Under the pieces are notes generated by a model, which saw nothing but the letters and a program-made list of their open reading frames with translations, had not been told where the DNA came from and did not search any database. From Lepidodermella squamata (taxonomy: Eukaryota; Animalia; Gastrotricha), in contig JBLDXI010000029.1 in NCBI GenBank assembly GCA_047495785.1, positions 2,666,001 through 2,730,000 of the forward strand: 64,000 nt of DNA, written 5' to 3'. The translations under genes and the position numbers were made by a program. Positions 51,459 to 64,000 of this stretch are shown piece by piece (position 1 is the stretch's first letter; each line of letters opens with the position of its first letter).

Positions 51459-52264
51459 TGATAAAATTATAGAAATGCTCTATCATGATTCATCCTATGC
51501 TTCCATCAAATGATTTCAAGTATATCCTCATTTCGAACTGGAATAAAACATTTCCAATGAGTAAATATCGAGAAATGCCATTTTAGATGCCTATACAGTC
51601 CTCAAAACGACGTTTGATAAAAAAAAATTAAGTTAAGATTTTCAATATGAAAATCTGATTTATTTCAATTTTTTTTAATTTTTTTTTTAATTTTTGTGAA
51701 ATTTCGAAAAATTGAGTTTTTTTAGCAGTCGGTCAACGAGAGCGGATAAAAAATTTGATTCGCGACTTACGCCCACTGAGCCATGGTGCTTAAACTGTGA
51801 ACTGTCAACAAATTTGCAGATTACATCAATCATCATTCATCCTGCGTTGTACATTTATTGTTGTGGCTAGAATCTCCATAGCCTCATATATGCCTCGTAA
51901 GCAAAAATGACAGTTGACTGCGTTATTCATGCGAAAACCGCAAAAAATAGCTGCCATAACACGAATTCATAGCGTAGTATTTTTGCGCTCTCCAATGTTA
52001 AACGAGCACACACGTGATAACGTGTTTTTATGCTCGCAGCTTTGCCATGTTTGTAAAGCAAAAAAGTTGAATTGACACTAGATGTGGCAGATGGAGCTTC
52101 CGGAAATTAAACACAAAACAATAAGAAGGGAAACATTACTTCCTGCTCCGGTTCTAGAAAAATCGAAGAAAACGCAAAAAACGTAACGAATACTGAACCG
52201 AGTTCTTTCTTTTACTTGTTTTGCAGGAATAATTACATTCATAAAATGGAGCTAGATTTGAAAG

Positions 52265-53254
52265 CTAAGTTTTCTTCTCCTCTTCTCTCGCTTTTTCATA
52301 GTCTTTCAAAATATAAACGATCCTTTGCTCCCAAGGCCAGCCGCAGTAACCTGGGGAAAAATCGGGGCGAAATTACGAAAAATCACGAAAAATCAACAAA
52401 TTCAGCGAACCTTTCTCTCCGCAATAGTACGAAGGAGTGAGGACGATTTGCGGCGGCATAACTTTAATGAGGTAGTGATTCAAATTGCTTTCGTCATGCC
52501 ACACCGGTATGATATCCTTCGCCATATCGTGCTTGGTACACTCCGACATTTGCTGCCACATGCTCATAACATTCTGAAATTTCCCGCCATAAACCGCCCC
52601 GCTGTAATAGATTGTACCCTCATTGCTTGGTACGTAAGTGCACGAGTTGTTATTCGTTTCCAGTGGCAATTTCTCCCGTTGGTCGTTGACGTGGTACCAA
52701 TGCCAGACCGCAACTAGGTCACCAAAAATTTCGGCGCCAACGTAGCCGTTGAAGTAAATATCAGCGTCGATATTGAAGATGTAGTCCAGATTTGAACTTT
52801 CCAACAAGTCCGTTGCATTGAGGTACATTTCCGGTCTTTGCATCGAATCACCCGGCCATCCAAGCCGTTCCTGGTAGATCAGCTTAACGTCATCTCCTTT
52901 CGGCCCGTCTTTCAGCCGGTTCGTGAAAATGAAGTAGGTCACTTTGTAACTTTCGGGATCTGGGACATTCGTGAGTAGGAATTTCCGCCCGGATCTTACG
53001 AGTTTATGCGTGAAAGTCACGTAATTTCCAAGCCCGACTACGACAATGCCAAGGTGGACGATTTTTGCGCCGGCCGTTGAGACATGGCCCGTTTTCGACT
53101 GGGCGACTCGTTTGTTCTTCGTTAGCTCAAGAAGCTGCTCGAGGAAAATACGCTGTTGCGATAAGCTGAACAAAATGTTGTAGACAAGATAGGCGAAACA
53201 CGAAAAAAGCAGCAGGCCAAGGATGATGAGAAAGGCGCGATTATTAAGCAGCAT
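52265..53254 (-). CDS. GT6 (ABO/GBGT1/alpha-1,3-GalT family) glycosyltransferase, type II membrane protein (exons 53254-52411, 52350-52265)
   Basis: N-terminal TM helix; G.Y..F, VTYFIFT, WP..SM.R, YIF.IDAD (DXD), YYSGAVYGG, WHDESNLN and VLTPSY motifs. Exon 2 supplies the K-x-Y..R C-terminus. Confidence 0.93.
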
Positions 53255-54904
53255 GATGCTCGTAAGGCTTGTAGATGTAGCGAGATGTACGCAGGGCTTT
53301 ATGCCGTGGAGCTTTTTTATTGAGATGAATGCGAGAAGGTTTTTACGTTTTGTTTTTGAGCACCCGGCCATTACGCGTGCTCGTGAGCGAGGTGAGCTGG
53401 CAGGGCACCCACTACGAGCGTGTGCAGGTACCTACTATAGCTAGTCTCGCTCACACGCACGCGCATTAGAGCATGAATAACGGCGTTTATATTTCCATGT
53501 CGCAGGGTATCATCAGCACGCCCGGGTGGCATACAGGATTGAATGCTGAAATGACACCCTTCCGCTTTTAGTTGAGATTTTAATTTGTATTTTATGACCT
53601 GGAAATGAATTTTATGGCTTTAAATCTTATTTCACCGGAATGTATAAGATGCTAGGTAAGTGGTCAAATTCAAATCGGATTTCTACTATTATATAAGCGG
53701 ATGGAGTTCAGTGTTCAAGGAAAACCCACAAATGCCCCAAAATTCCGAATTCCTAGATGCATAGACAACACTGTAACAGATAGGAAGCAAACGATTGCGA
53801 AAAGCGCGGCACGCGACCACTTTTTGTATCACCCAACGCCCTATCCGCCCATTATGAAATTAATTAGTATTAAAGACAAGTGGACCAAATATTCATCTTT
53901 CACATTTTTTTAAATTCGTCAGAAAATTACTAGATTTCGGTCTATCGAAAGAGCCCAGGTAGACTATGCAGGCTCGCATAGTTATTTTTCTAGCATTTGT
54001 TGAAAACAGCTGTTTTCGAGATTTTCGGCAAAACTGCCATTCTTCTGCCGCGGATGGGCCATCCGGAAATTGTTGAAAATTCTAAGAAAAATTGTTTGTC
54101 CATGTTGACCATTTCCTCTATCCAACGATATAAAACTTGTCCCGTAACTATTTCATTTTGATTTTCGGGTTCGATAAATTATTTTTGCTGAATATATTTG
54201 GGAAGAGGCAACGCGGCGAGAGAATTCACGGGTTCAGGACTTTAAAATACCTTCTTATTCGAAGTATTGTTTTTCATGAAAGTTGGGCACGACAGTTTTG
54301 GTTGAATCAGTCAAAAGCTTGACTATAGACCTAATGTGGCTTCGTTCCCACCCCAAAACGTTTGTTCCTGTCCTTGTCCAATGCATAACCAAATGTCACG
54401 CCGGCCCATGCGTCTGTTTTTGTGGAATACCGCTTCCTGCTTGCTACAGGTATTGATTCTTCATAGAATCGCCACTAAAAGGATGGGAGATAATTGGAAT
54501 TTATATTCATTGGATCAAAAACTCAAAAACTGATTTTATTAAAAAAGTTATCTTTGTATAATCCGGACAACTATCGTGCACCTTAATCTTTATCACCCTA
54601 ATCAAAGCCCGAGCTATACAAAGAACATTACAAATAACACTGTACATAATCAAGCAATTACGTCCTGTACTGTAAAGAGACTAAAAAGACTTGAAAGATC
54701 GCAACAATTTGACTACAAATGCATAAATCCAGTGGTTCGAGATGGATTATTCGTAAAAAGGTTGGATATTCTTCATTGATCTCGAGATATTCAATAGTGA
54801 AGCACTATTAGGCCCAGTATGACTTTTCACGAATTTCACCGTGTATAATTCCACAATCATATGAGAGTTCAAGCAAGAAATGTCCGCGCAACGGTTTGAA
54901 ACCT

Positions 54905-56912
54905 CTATATCACCGTGACGAACAAGAGGCATAGCACTGCGAACAAAATTCCAGCCGCATAATTTCGATTGGCACCACTGGTGGATCCGCTAGCAGATTT
55001 ACTGGAGGAAGTAACGAGTTTAGGCTGGCCATTAGGCCCATCTCTATTGCAGTCAAGTCCAACAGCAGCAGTCGGTGGGGATCGACAAGCTTCGGTTATT
55101 TGCCTCATTTCCTTCGCCGTCAAGGGGGAATCGTAGATCGTAACACAGGCCATATTGTCATTTTCCATCAAACCGTACTTTGTATTGTTCTCGCGATCTA
55201 ACGCTCCTCCGATTACAATCGACGGCACCCATTGAATGGCCGAGTCTGATGCGTAAAACAGCTTCCGATCGACAGTGGTTGAATTCGAGTACATTGTATT
55301 CATATCGAATTTAATTTTCGAGTAGTCTAAAATAATCAGCGTGCTGGTTTTATAAAATTGGTAAACCGTCAACTTCTGATCGCTTGAATTGTAAGTCACG
55401 CCATAAAACTTCCACGCATAGCACAATTCCGGGATAGCTAGAGACGCTGCGACACTGCTGGTTCTTTTGTCGAAAACTTTGACATGAAGCGTGTAGTCTG
55501 TTGCGCAATGAAGCGTGAGAAATGAGTTCGCCAGCTCCATCTCAAACAGTCCACTAGGCCGGCCATCGCCCCAAGCTGGATTTCCACTACCTCCGCCGCC
55601 CACACTTGTGAAGAACGAGACAGAGAATCCGGCTGGTTTCAGCGGTATCATAGTCTTATAAGCAGCCAAGGTTGTATTTTCGCCAGGAGACATGTCACTG
55701 CAGCAGTAACCGACTGCAAAGCTGAAGTAGCCGGAAAATTCTCCATAAGGCGAACTAGTCTCCAGTGATGCGCCGTACGATCTGCTATCCGGCTTGATTC
55801 CACAAATTGTGTCGTTCAGTTGCGATGTTTTGTCCAGATAAGGAGCAAATACAAGAGATTTAGGTTGCGGCCATGCAACGCCAAGTTGAACTGAAACGAT
55901 TAAGATATTTAATTTTAGCTACCATAATTTTTTAAAATATTTGGATTATCAAGTAACTTGGATTTTTCGCCACGCGTTATTTCAGTTTCAGCTCCAGAAT
56001 GAATTAATTATAGAAATATCTCTAGTTTCCAATCTGCCATTGAACATACCGTTTCCGTCACGCTTGCAGTCAACTGTCGAGGATTTCTTTGGAGCTTCGC
56101 GGCAAGATTCCAGCAATTGCCCGATTTCACTCGAATTCAGGGCTGCGGTGAACATCGAGAAGCAGAACAAGTTGTGTCCGGGTCGGAATCCCCATTCTCG
56201 GTAAGCATCCCTATCCAAAGCATCAGCCAGCATCAACTGACTCCAATCTCCGCCGATCTGCAGAGGTTTAGGCATTTTGCCGGAGACCGACTTTGATAAA
56301 TTGGCCTTAGGATCAATGACATAAGCCGTCAGTTGGCCCGCGGAGCTATCGTGGGATATCGCGAAAAACCGCCAACTATCCACCCCACATACACTTGAGA
56401 CGTTGAGCCTGATTGTCATATTTATATCGTCCTTGTCAAAAACTTTGACGATAAGGTCTTTCGAAAAGCAGACAGCTGTTAAGAAGGACTTGTCGGTTTC
56501 AAGTTCCAGTAAACCAGCAGCAGTGTCGGACAATGATTTCAGGTAAAACGATAGCGTGAAGCTAGGCTTTATCGGAACAGGGCGATAGATCGTTAAGTAG
56601 TCCCAATTTCTTCCAATGTCTGTACTCAACGAGTACGAACCAGTTAGATCCCCGAACGGGTTGTTTCCTAGGACAAATGCGGCAAAAGAGCTCGTGTTTA
56701 CTGGAGCTAGGTTGCAAATTCTGTCGTTCAAATCGTTGTTTCTGTCCATCTGGGCATGGAATACTAAAGCATCGAGTTTTGGCCACCAAGCAGTGGCGGC
56801 TGAAGAACATTTATACCGCGAAAACAGTTAACATTTCAAATTTTGAAATAAATTCGTGCATGAACTTACCTGGCGCTAAACAGCAGGCGATCGTTAACAC
56901 TAAAAGGTTCAT
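54905..56912 (-). CDS. Secreted/GPI-type protein with two LamG/pentraxin-like domains, paralog 1 (exons 56912-56870, 56799-56050, 55890-54905)
   Basis: Signal exon; two repeats of F(T/S).SF..W.F....(H/Y)(D/N)S....LT.Y..IGG..(F/Y)...L...E...L..C; Ser-rich stalk and hydrophobic tail. Phase-1 introns. Confidence 0.8.
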
Positions 56913-57413
56913 CCTGAAGTATTTAATAGATAATTACCACGAATCAATTTAGCTTGTTGTTGAGCTAAACCGTGAGAAAAAAATTCAGCACAGTAGCCTT
57001 CTAAATAAAGCAGAACGATACATAAGTAAAAGCTATTGACACAGCTTTCTTGTGTTCTACAAGGCCTAAAGCCTATATTTATACTTGCTGATGACGTTTA
57101 AACGAATTCACGGCACGCTGTCTCATAAGAAAAGGTGTGATTCAATATGCCCACAGGTATAATGCCAGCGGTGGTGCCAGAAAATATATAGCGGCTATTT
57201 TTTTGTATCGTGGGAGGGCTTTCACTTTAATTCAGAGCACACAACAAGTTTCCAATTTTTTCTATATACAGCTTAACTACTACGTAACTACTTCGGTAAA
57301 AGAAAAAAGTAGAATTAATCACGAAAAAATACCCTGAAATCCTGAATTATCCGAAAAATGACACATACAGCGGTTAACAATTAACCAGCCTTGTATCTTA
57401 TATTCGAAGCCTA

Positions 57414-59120
57414 CACGCCGAAAAAAAGCACGCCTGTAGCCGCGGAGAATTTCTAACAGTTTATAAATCCGAGAGGCATCTCGCCTGCTGATGAGCCCAC
57501 CGGAAATATTTTAAATCGTTTTAGTCCTTCCATAAGTCGACTTCACATAGACGCGTGCACCTCAATCGTGATTTGCGTGGCCCTTGAATCAGGGTGATTA
57601 AAGGGCTCAGTTACCACCACCATCGTGTGCAGACTTTTCGGATTTCAAACACCAAAACTGATTGCTGAATTACAAGCATTGAATTAAATTTGGTGACCGT
57701 GAATTTTTTTTTACTCATTTTGTTTCGATTCAATTTTTCGACGGACGAGAACTGTTGACGCGGTTGCACGTTAAAATTCAGTTAACGGGAAAATTGGTGC
57801 TGCATCAAAATTTCGAAATTATCCACGCACAAGAGCACGTTTTCGAATTCAGTTGCATCACCAACGGATGAGCACGCCGAGTTGGCACACAAGACACAAG
57901 CTGTCACTGTGATGTAACAATGCTCGTTTACTTGTCAAAAAACGAGTTCAAAAAATGTCGAACAGAGAATGTCGGTCAGTGTTGATTTTTTTATTGGGTT
58001 TGAACATCGTTTTTAAACATGGAAACCGACACTTCAATCGACGGCGCCGGTTTCAGGCGAGGTCGTTGCAAGGAGCCAAATTGTGATTGTACATTTGTAC
58101 GCTCAGAAGCGAACAAGTTTAGCTGCGCCGCTTGTGGGTGCCTATCCGGTCGCCATCAGTACGAAACAGGTAAATTTTCCCAACATTTAAATCGTATATT
58201 TGTATCTACAACATGAAAGTTTTCGAATTTTTTATTTTTAAATTCTATTCGAAATTCTATTCCGCTATAAAATCTGTCTGATAGAAAACATATTAAATTT
58301 CCCAATTCTATTTCAGACCGTGCAATTTCGCGGGACTAACCGCGGGCGAGTGGAAACAGCTTTATAACCTGTTTTTTAAAGAGCTTTTTAGAGCTTTTCC
58401 TAATGCCAACATTTGGCTACAGCCACGAAATGGGACTGCGGTCCTTACGGATCATGCACGTAGGGTTGGTTTTTCCGTATCCACCTTAATAAAACTATTT
58501 ATTTTTCCATGTCATTTCAGGCTCCCTTCCAGCCTGTCTGCACGGCGCTTGTTCGATCTAGGCGGCAAACCAGCCGCAAGCGAAACGCTACAACCGCTTC
58601 AGCCTACGCCGGCAACGGAAACAATCGAAACAATCGAAAGGGCCGGCCGACTTCCATGACCCTACTGGCCGCCATTGCTGCTGGCACTTCCGCGTCGAGT
58701 TCGCAATCGTCGAAAACAGCCCTGGACGGCAAAATCTCTGCGTGTTGTTTTCTTCGCATAAGTCTTAGTGAGACCGCCAGCATGGTACTCTGCACAAATT
58801 GCTCCCAGCCGTGTCATCGCGCTCAAAGTTGTCAAACGAAGCATGACGTCTTCTGCGCCTATCTACCACACATATCTGTCCTGGGCCAGTGACAGCTCAC
58901 GTCAGCTCAATTATGTCATTAACTAACAATTAACACCAACTGTACTAACAGATACCTAAATGGCTTACTGATTTTACCGAACTTTTTTTAATCACCTAAT
59001 TCGAATTCAGCAACAGAATCAACGCGTACAGAAGCTCTTGCCAGCAAGGCTAGGCGTGAGAAAACTTTCTTCGCACACGGCTAGAGTTACATAGCTGTAG
59101 CCGTGCTTTATTTCGGCGTG
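57414..59120 (+). mobile_element. Non-autonomous CACTA/EnSpm-like DNA transposon carrying Cys-rich ORF remnants
   Basis: TIRs CACGCCGAAA(A/T)AAAGCACG at both ends with TA on both flanks. Internal RGRC..CDC..CAACGC..H exon at 58019 and a PHD-like MVLCTNCSQPCH..C remnant at ~58780. Confidence 0.75.
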
Positions 59121-59469
59121 TATAATAGTTTTCGCTGTAACGTAATGCTTCGCGTAATGTTTCGAATGAATGAGTTAACTAACTTCCTCCTGCAACTCAG
59201 GCATCAGATCAGGACACGGCCACTTGAGCAATTTTCTAGGCAATAACACGTGGTTTTTTAGTTTCAAATAAAATATTGCGCAAAAAACGTCATTGCGAAG
59301 AAAGGACAAAACAAAAAGCTTTTCGTTTTCGTTCTCATGGATAGAGAAAAAATCGATCAAAAATTGTTATACGAAGGAAATACGCGATACAGCGCGTTTT
59401 TTCAGGCTAATGTGAGTCCGGAAATATGCAAGGCAAGGTAGGATGGGCTTAATCACATCAGATGAGAGT

Positions 59470-61377
59470 TCAAGCATGAGATGAGAGGCATAGCACTGCG
59501 AACAAAATTCCAGCCGCATAATTTCGATTGGCACCACTGGTGGATCCGCTAGCAGATTTACTGGAGGAAGTAACGAGTTTAGGCTGGCCATTAGGCCCAT
59601 CTCTATTGCAGTCAAGCCCAACGGCAGCAGTCGGTGGGGATCGACAAGCTTCGGTTATTTGCCTCATTTCCTTCGCCGACAGGGGTGAATCATAGACTGA
59701 GACACAGGCTATGTTGTCGTTCGCAATCATACCATACTGGATATTGGTCACGCGATCTAAGGCTCCTCCGACTGTAATCGATGGCACCCATTGAATGGCC
59801 GAGTCGGATGCGTAAAACAGCTTCCGATCGACAGACGTCGAATTCGCGCCCAAGCTATTCATATCATATCCAAGTTTCGAGTAGTCGAAAACAACTAGAG
59901 TGTTCGATTTATGAAATTGGAAAATCGTCAATTTCTGATCGCTTGAATTATAAGTAAGTCCAATGAAATTCCACTCCCAGCAGAGATTTGGGACAGCCAG
60001 AGATGCCGCGGCACTACTGTTCCTTTTGTCGTAAACTTTGACATTAAGCATGAAGTCCTCTGAGCAATGAAGCGTGAGAAACGAGTTTCCTAGCTCCATT
60101 TCAAACAGTCCGATAAGCCTACCACCGCGCCGAGATGAAGGGCTTCCAAAACCATCGCGGTTCGAATTCGCGAAGAAAGAGACAGAAAATCCGGATGGCT
60201 TCAACGGCACCATCGATTTGTAGTAGGCCAAGGTTCTATTTTTAGTACTAGCCATTGCACTGCAGCACTGTCCAGTCATGAAGCTGTAATAGCCTGAAAA
60301 TTGTCCGTAGGGCGAATACTCATCTAGAGAGGCACTTTGCGATCGGCGATACGGCGCGACCCCGCAAATTGTGTCGTTCAATAGCGAAATATCGCCAAGG
60401 TACGGTGCAAATACTAGAGAATTAGGGTTTGGCCATGGAACGCCGAGTTGAACTACAAGAAACAAATTATTCGTGTATTTCATTCAGTTATCGAATGTCT
60501 TACCATTCCCCTCGCGCTTGCAATCAGTTCCGGATGATCTCCGAGGAGCTTCGCGGCAGGCTTCCGGCAACTGGCTGATTTCGTTCTCATTTAAGGCGGC
60601 GTTGAACATCGAGAAACAAAATAAGTTCTGGCCAGTTCCGAAACCCCATTCCTTATATAAATCCCTATCCAAAGCGTCCCCAAGCGTTAGTTGACTCCAA
60701 TCTCCACCGATCTGGAAGGGTTTGCTTGTATTACTAGATGCGGATTTCTTTGATTTTCCATTAAGATCGATGACATAAGCCGTCATTTGGTTTGCTGTGC
60801 TATCGTGGGATATCGCAAAATACCGCCAAATATTATCACCACAAGTGCTTGAGACGTTGAGTATAATAGTGGCATTTATGTCGTCCTTGTCGAAAACTTT
60901 GACAATAAGGTCATTTGACAGGCATGTAGCTGTTAGAAATGACTTGTCGGTTTCAAATTCAAGTATTCCAGCGCCAGAACTAACTAAAGATAGGTAAAAC
61001 GATATTGTGAAGCTTTGTTTTATCGGAACAGGACGATAGATCGTCAGATAGTTCCATTTCTTTCCAATGCTTGGACTTTGAGAGTATGAACCAGCTTGAG
61101 AGCCAAACGGGTTTTTGCTAGCGTCGAATGCTGCGAATGCGCTCGTGTTCACTGGAGCTAGGTTGCAAATTCTGTCGTTCAAATCGTTGTCTCTGTCCAT
61201 GTGGGCATGGAATACTAAGAACTCGAGTTTTGGCCAAGCTGTGGCTGCTGTCGAACCTTCAATTAAAAGGACGGGTTTAGTTAAACTCACAATTACATTT
61301 GATATTCACGCTTGAATAATTTTACCTGATACCAAATACCCGATTGTTAATAGTAGAAGGTTAGACGGTTTCAGCAT
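59470..61377 (-). CDS. Double LamG/pentraxin-like protein, paralog 2 (exons 61377-61326, 61256-60504, 60452-59470)
   Basis: Same exon structure and clear similarity to paralog 1. A 3' deletion changes the tail to LCLSSHA*. Confidence 0.8.
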
Positions 61378-61607
61378 GATGCAATTGAGCGAGTTGATTT
61401 AAAAGATCGATGAAACGTCTCTAGCCAGGTAAAATAAAGCGTTGTAGCCCTATAAATCACATACAATTATATTATAACTGATATCAACGCAGATTTTGAT
61501 GGTTTTATAGGCATAGAGCATAGAGAATCTATTACGTGCCACTGCGTTGTAGAGGTAAAAGAAATTAGCATTTTGCTTTAAATTCTTGACATTTTTTATA
61601 ACATTAT

Positions 61608-63300
61608 ACAACTCGTGGCCAATATTGCCTGATAGATAATGTCAATATCTCCACTATTTTCTTGTAAAAAATGGCGTTGTAACCTGTGAGCATGTCGTGC
61701 CGTATGACACAGTCATGCGACAGACTTTCAATCGCACACACATTGCATTACACATTACTATAAAGCAATTTTCTTCATCTCTTCATAGCAATAACACGTA
61801 TTTGCTTAAGGCTGCCTGTAAAGAAAATTCCCGCCACATTATGATGAGTGCTCGGCATGATAACTGGCCGATTTTAACCATGCTAAAATGTATAATGCCA
61901 CTGGTGACATTAGAAATTTCTTTTAGTGGACGATGATATTTGTTATTCAATAGTGGTTTTCGATGAAACATTCCCTACAGGCGCTGATGTAAGGACTAAG
62001 CTTCAGTTAAATATTTCTATAAAAAACCAAGTGACAGGTATTTTATAAGGAATGAGCAAACAAACATAATGGTAATAATAATATTAATACTACAGTGCTC
62101 CCTCGTTAGTGGCACCCTCCTTAAAAGAACTCCCTCGTTTGTAGACCGTAATTTTGGACCCTGCTAAATAAATTAGTTGTAAATTTTTAATCAAACAAAT
62201 AATAATTATTTGAACGATTAATAATATTAAGCGTGAAAATTTAAAATAATAAAGCGTTCCTAGAAACCTAGCGGTGCGTTGTCGTGGTTTTGAGAGATCC
62301 AGTTATTTCAAGTTTAGTTCAAACGAGTTGATAGATCATCAGTGCTGTTCTTGTGACTTCGAAATGGCTGTGATTATGCAACAGAGTGTGTGGATTAGCT
62401 GCCACTCAAGTCGCGCTGCGAGTCGTCTTGCTTTTTTGCTAAACTTCTCCATCAGAGATTACGCCAGTTTATCAGACAAAATCAGCGATTCAATTCAATA
62501 ACTGTATAAATGCCCGTCAATCTTTTATCTTCTTCATTTGCTGATTTTTCCGCAGTTCATTTGCTGATCAACTAAATAACTCATCTGAATTGCCCTGATT
62601 TTTCATTTTTTAGCTTTTTCCCGGCCAGAAAATCTCTTGAAATTTACCAGCATTATTAGCATGATCAAATTAGGATATAAATCATGTTTTATTTGAGGAA
62701 ACAAAAAACTTCAGTTTTTCCCAATTTTGTTCCCGGCTGTGTTGCGTAATCATGAAAAATCACGTCCTTGTTTTAGGAATTATTTTAATTTCGATACATG
62801 GATTCATTCTCATAAAATTAGACCGATTTCATTCGTTCCAGTTGTCCTGAATTATCTGAATTATTAGCCGATTTTCGATAGTCGATAGGCCTGATCTACC
62901 ATGAAACTGGCTGCCACTACTTTACGATTTCATTGCTCAACGCCCTGGCCAACGTTACACAACTCGTGGCCAATATTGCCTGATAGATAATTTCAATCTT
63001 CACTATTTTCTTGTAAAAAATGGCGTACAAAAAATGTTGTGAGCGTGTCATGCCTAATGACACAGTCATGTGACAGTCTTTCTATCACACACACACTGCA
63101 TTACACATTCCTATAGACCAATTTTCTTCATCTCTTCATCGCAATGACTCGTGTTTGCCTAAGGCTGCTGTAAAGAAAATTCCCGCCACATTATGATAAG
63201 TGCTCGGCGTGATAACTCGCCGATTTTAACCATGCTAAAATGTATAATGCATATGTATAATGTATAATGGTGACACTAGACTTTTTTTTAGTGGAAGATC
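61608..63300. repeat. Direct duplication of ~330 bp (61608-61935 and 62959-63300)
   Basis: Both copies start ACAACTCGTGGCCAATATTGCCTGATAGATAAT and run to TTTTTAGTGGA with high identity. Confidence 0.9.
62093..62165. mobile_element. Possible single end of a pogo/Tigger-like element
   Basis: TA-CAGTGCTCCCTCGTTAGTGG resembles CAGT-type TIRs. No partner end was found. Confidence 0.3.
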
Positions 63301-63779
63301 ATATCGAAAATTGGAAAAAATATTGCTATCCTTCCTGTTCTCTAAGCTTTCCAAATATATAAAATTTAGCCTCGTCCGATTTTTTGGGATTTATCTAGGT
63401 TTTCCATCGGTATGCCCAAAATAATGCCATGAAACGAGTTATTCTACAGTGCGACTGCGGAGCTCAGCGATCAGGAGAAATTTTCTTCTAGCTTGGCTGT
63501 GACACCAAAGAAGGAAACCTCACTTAGGAATTCAAATACAAGGAATGAATTTCTAAGATAGTTCGTAATTTTTTTCCGGTTTTCTGCACATTTGAACTTT
63601 GAATTAATTTTTGTCGAATAAACTCCGAATCGATGTCGATCGATTTATTCGGATAGTAAACTCATTTAAGCTCAAATTTCCCTTGTTACCTTTCGAAGCG
63701 ATTGCTGATTTTCCCGATGTTGTGCAACTCGTTGAGCTCGCCTCGTTTCTGAGAACGTTTTTATCTGTCGCAAAACATT

Positions 63780-64000
63780 GACTGTGGGGAGTTTTTTGAT
63801 GAAAAATGTTGTGCTGATCTGTGTTTTCTTGCGGACGTCAACTCAGTGTTGACCACCTAACCTGATGGAATTTCGCGAATGCTCAACGATCCCTTTCACT
63901 TCCCAGTTAACGAACAACTCGCTGACCTAGGGCGTCGATTTCAAATTATGGAAAATGCTCAGCTCCCCCAGCTGCAGTTGAACCTTGTCGAGCTTCAAGC
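63780..64000 (+). pseudogene. Decayed hAT (SPIN/Buster-like) transposase fragment
   Basis: FDEKCCADLCFLADV and, after a stop, NDPF...LQLNLVELQ resemble the hAT motifs DLAFL.D and NPF..LQ.ELI.LQ. Confidence 0.45.

Noticed and set aside
57088-57510. Two CTGATGA hammerhead-like cores (57088, 57488)
   Set aside because: Neither has a proper stem II followed by GAAA and a stem III/UH cleavage site.

Overview
This is eukaryotic (bilaterian invertebrate) genomic DNA with spliceosomal introns, many only ~42-60 nt long, so the ORF track fragments most genes. It has three domains. (1) 0.3-11 kb: a minimal Penelope-type hammerhead ribozyme, then a tandem array of five intact copies plus one CR1-disrupted copy of a secreted Cys/Thr/Pro-rich protein family I cannot assign. 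(2) 12-42 kb: conserved genes with GC-rich exons and A/T-tract introns. These are DOT1L (minus strand; RTE LINE and two MITEs in its introns), a tightly packed co-oriented DDX41-LANCL-PGK trio resembling a trans-spliced operon (with an antisense RING-like gene nested in PGK intron 2), and a Cdx/caudal homeobox gene. (3) 42-64 kb: a cell-surface cluster containing a single-domain ABCF-like protein lacking all catalytic motifs, six Ly6/three-finger-like GPI-type genes with an extra Cys pair, an ABO-family (GT6) glycosyltransferase, and two paralogous double-LamG genes separated by a CACTA-like element. Exon boundaries were read by eye from splice signals and reading-frame continuity. No database searches were run.
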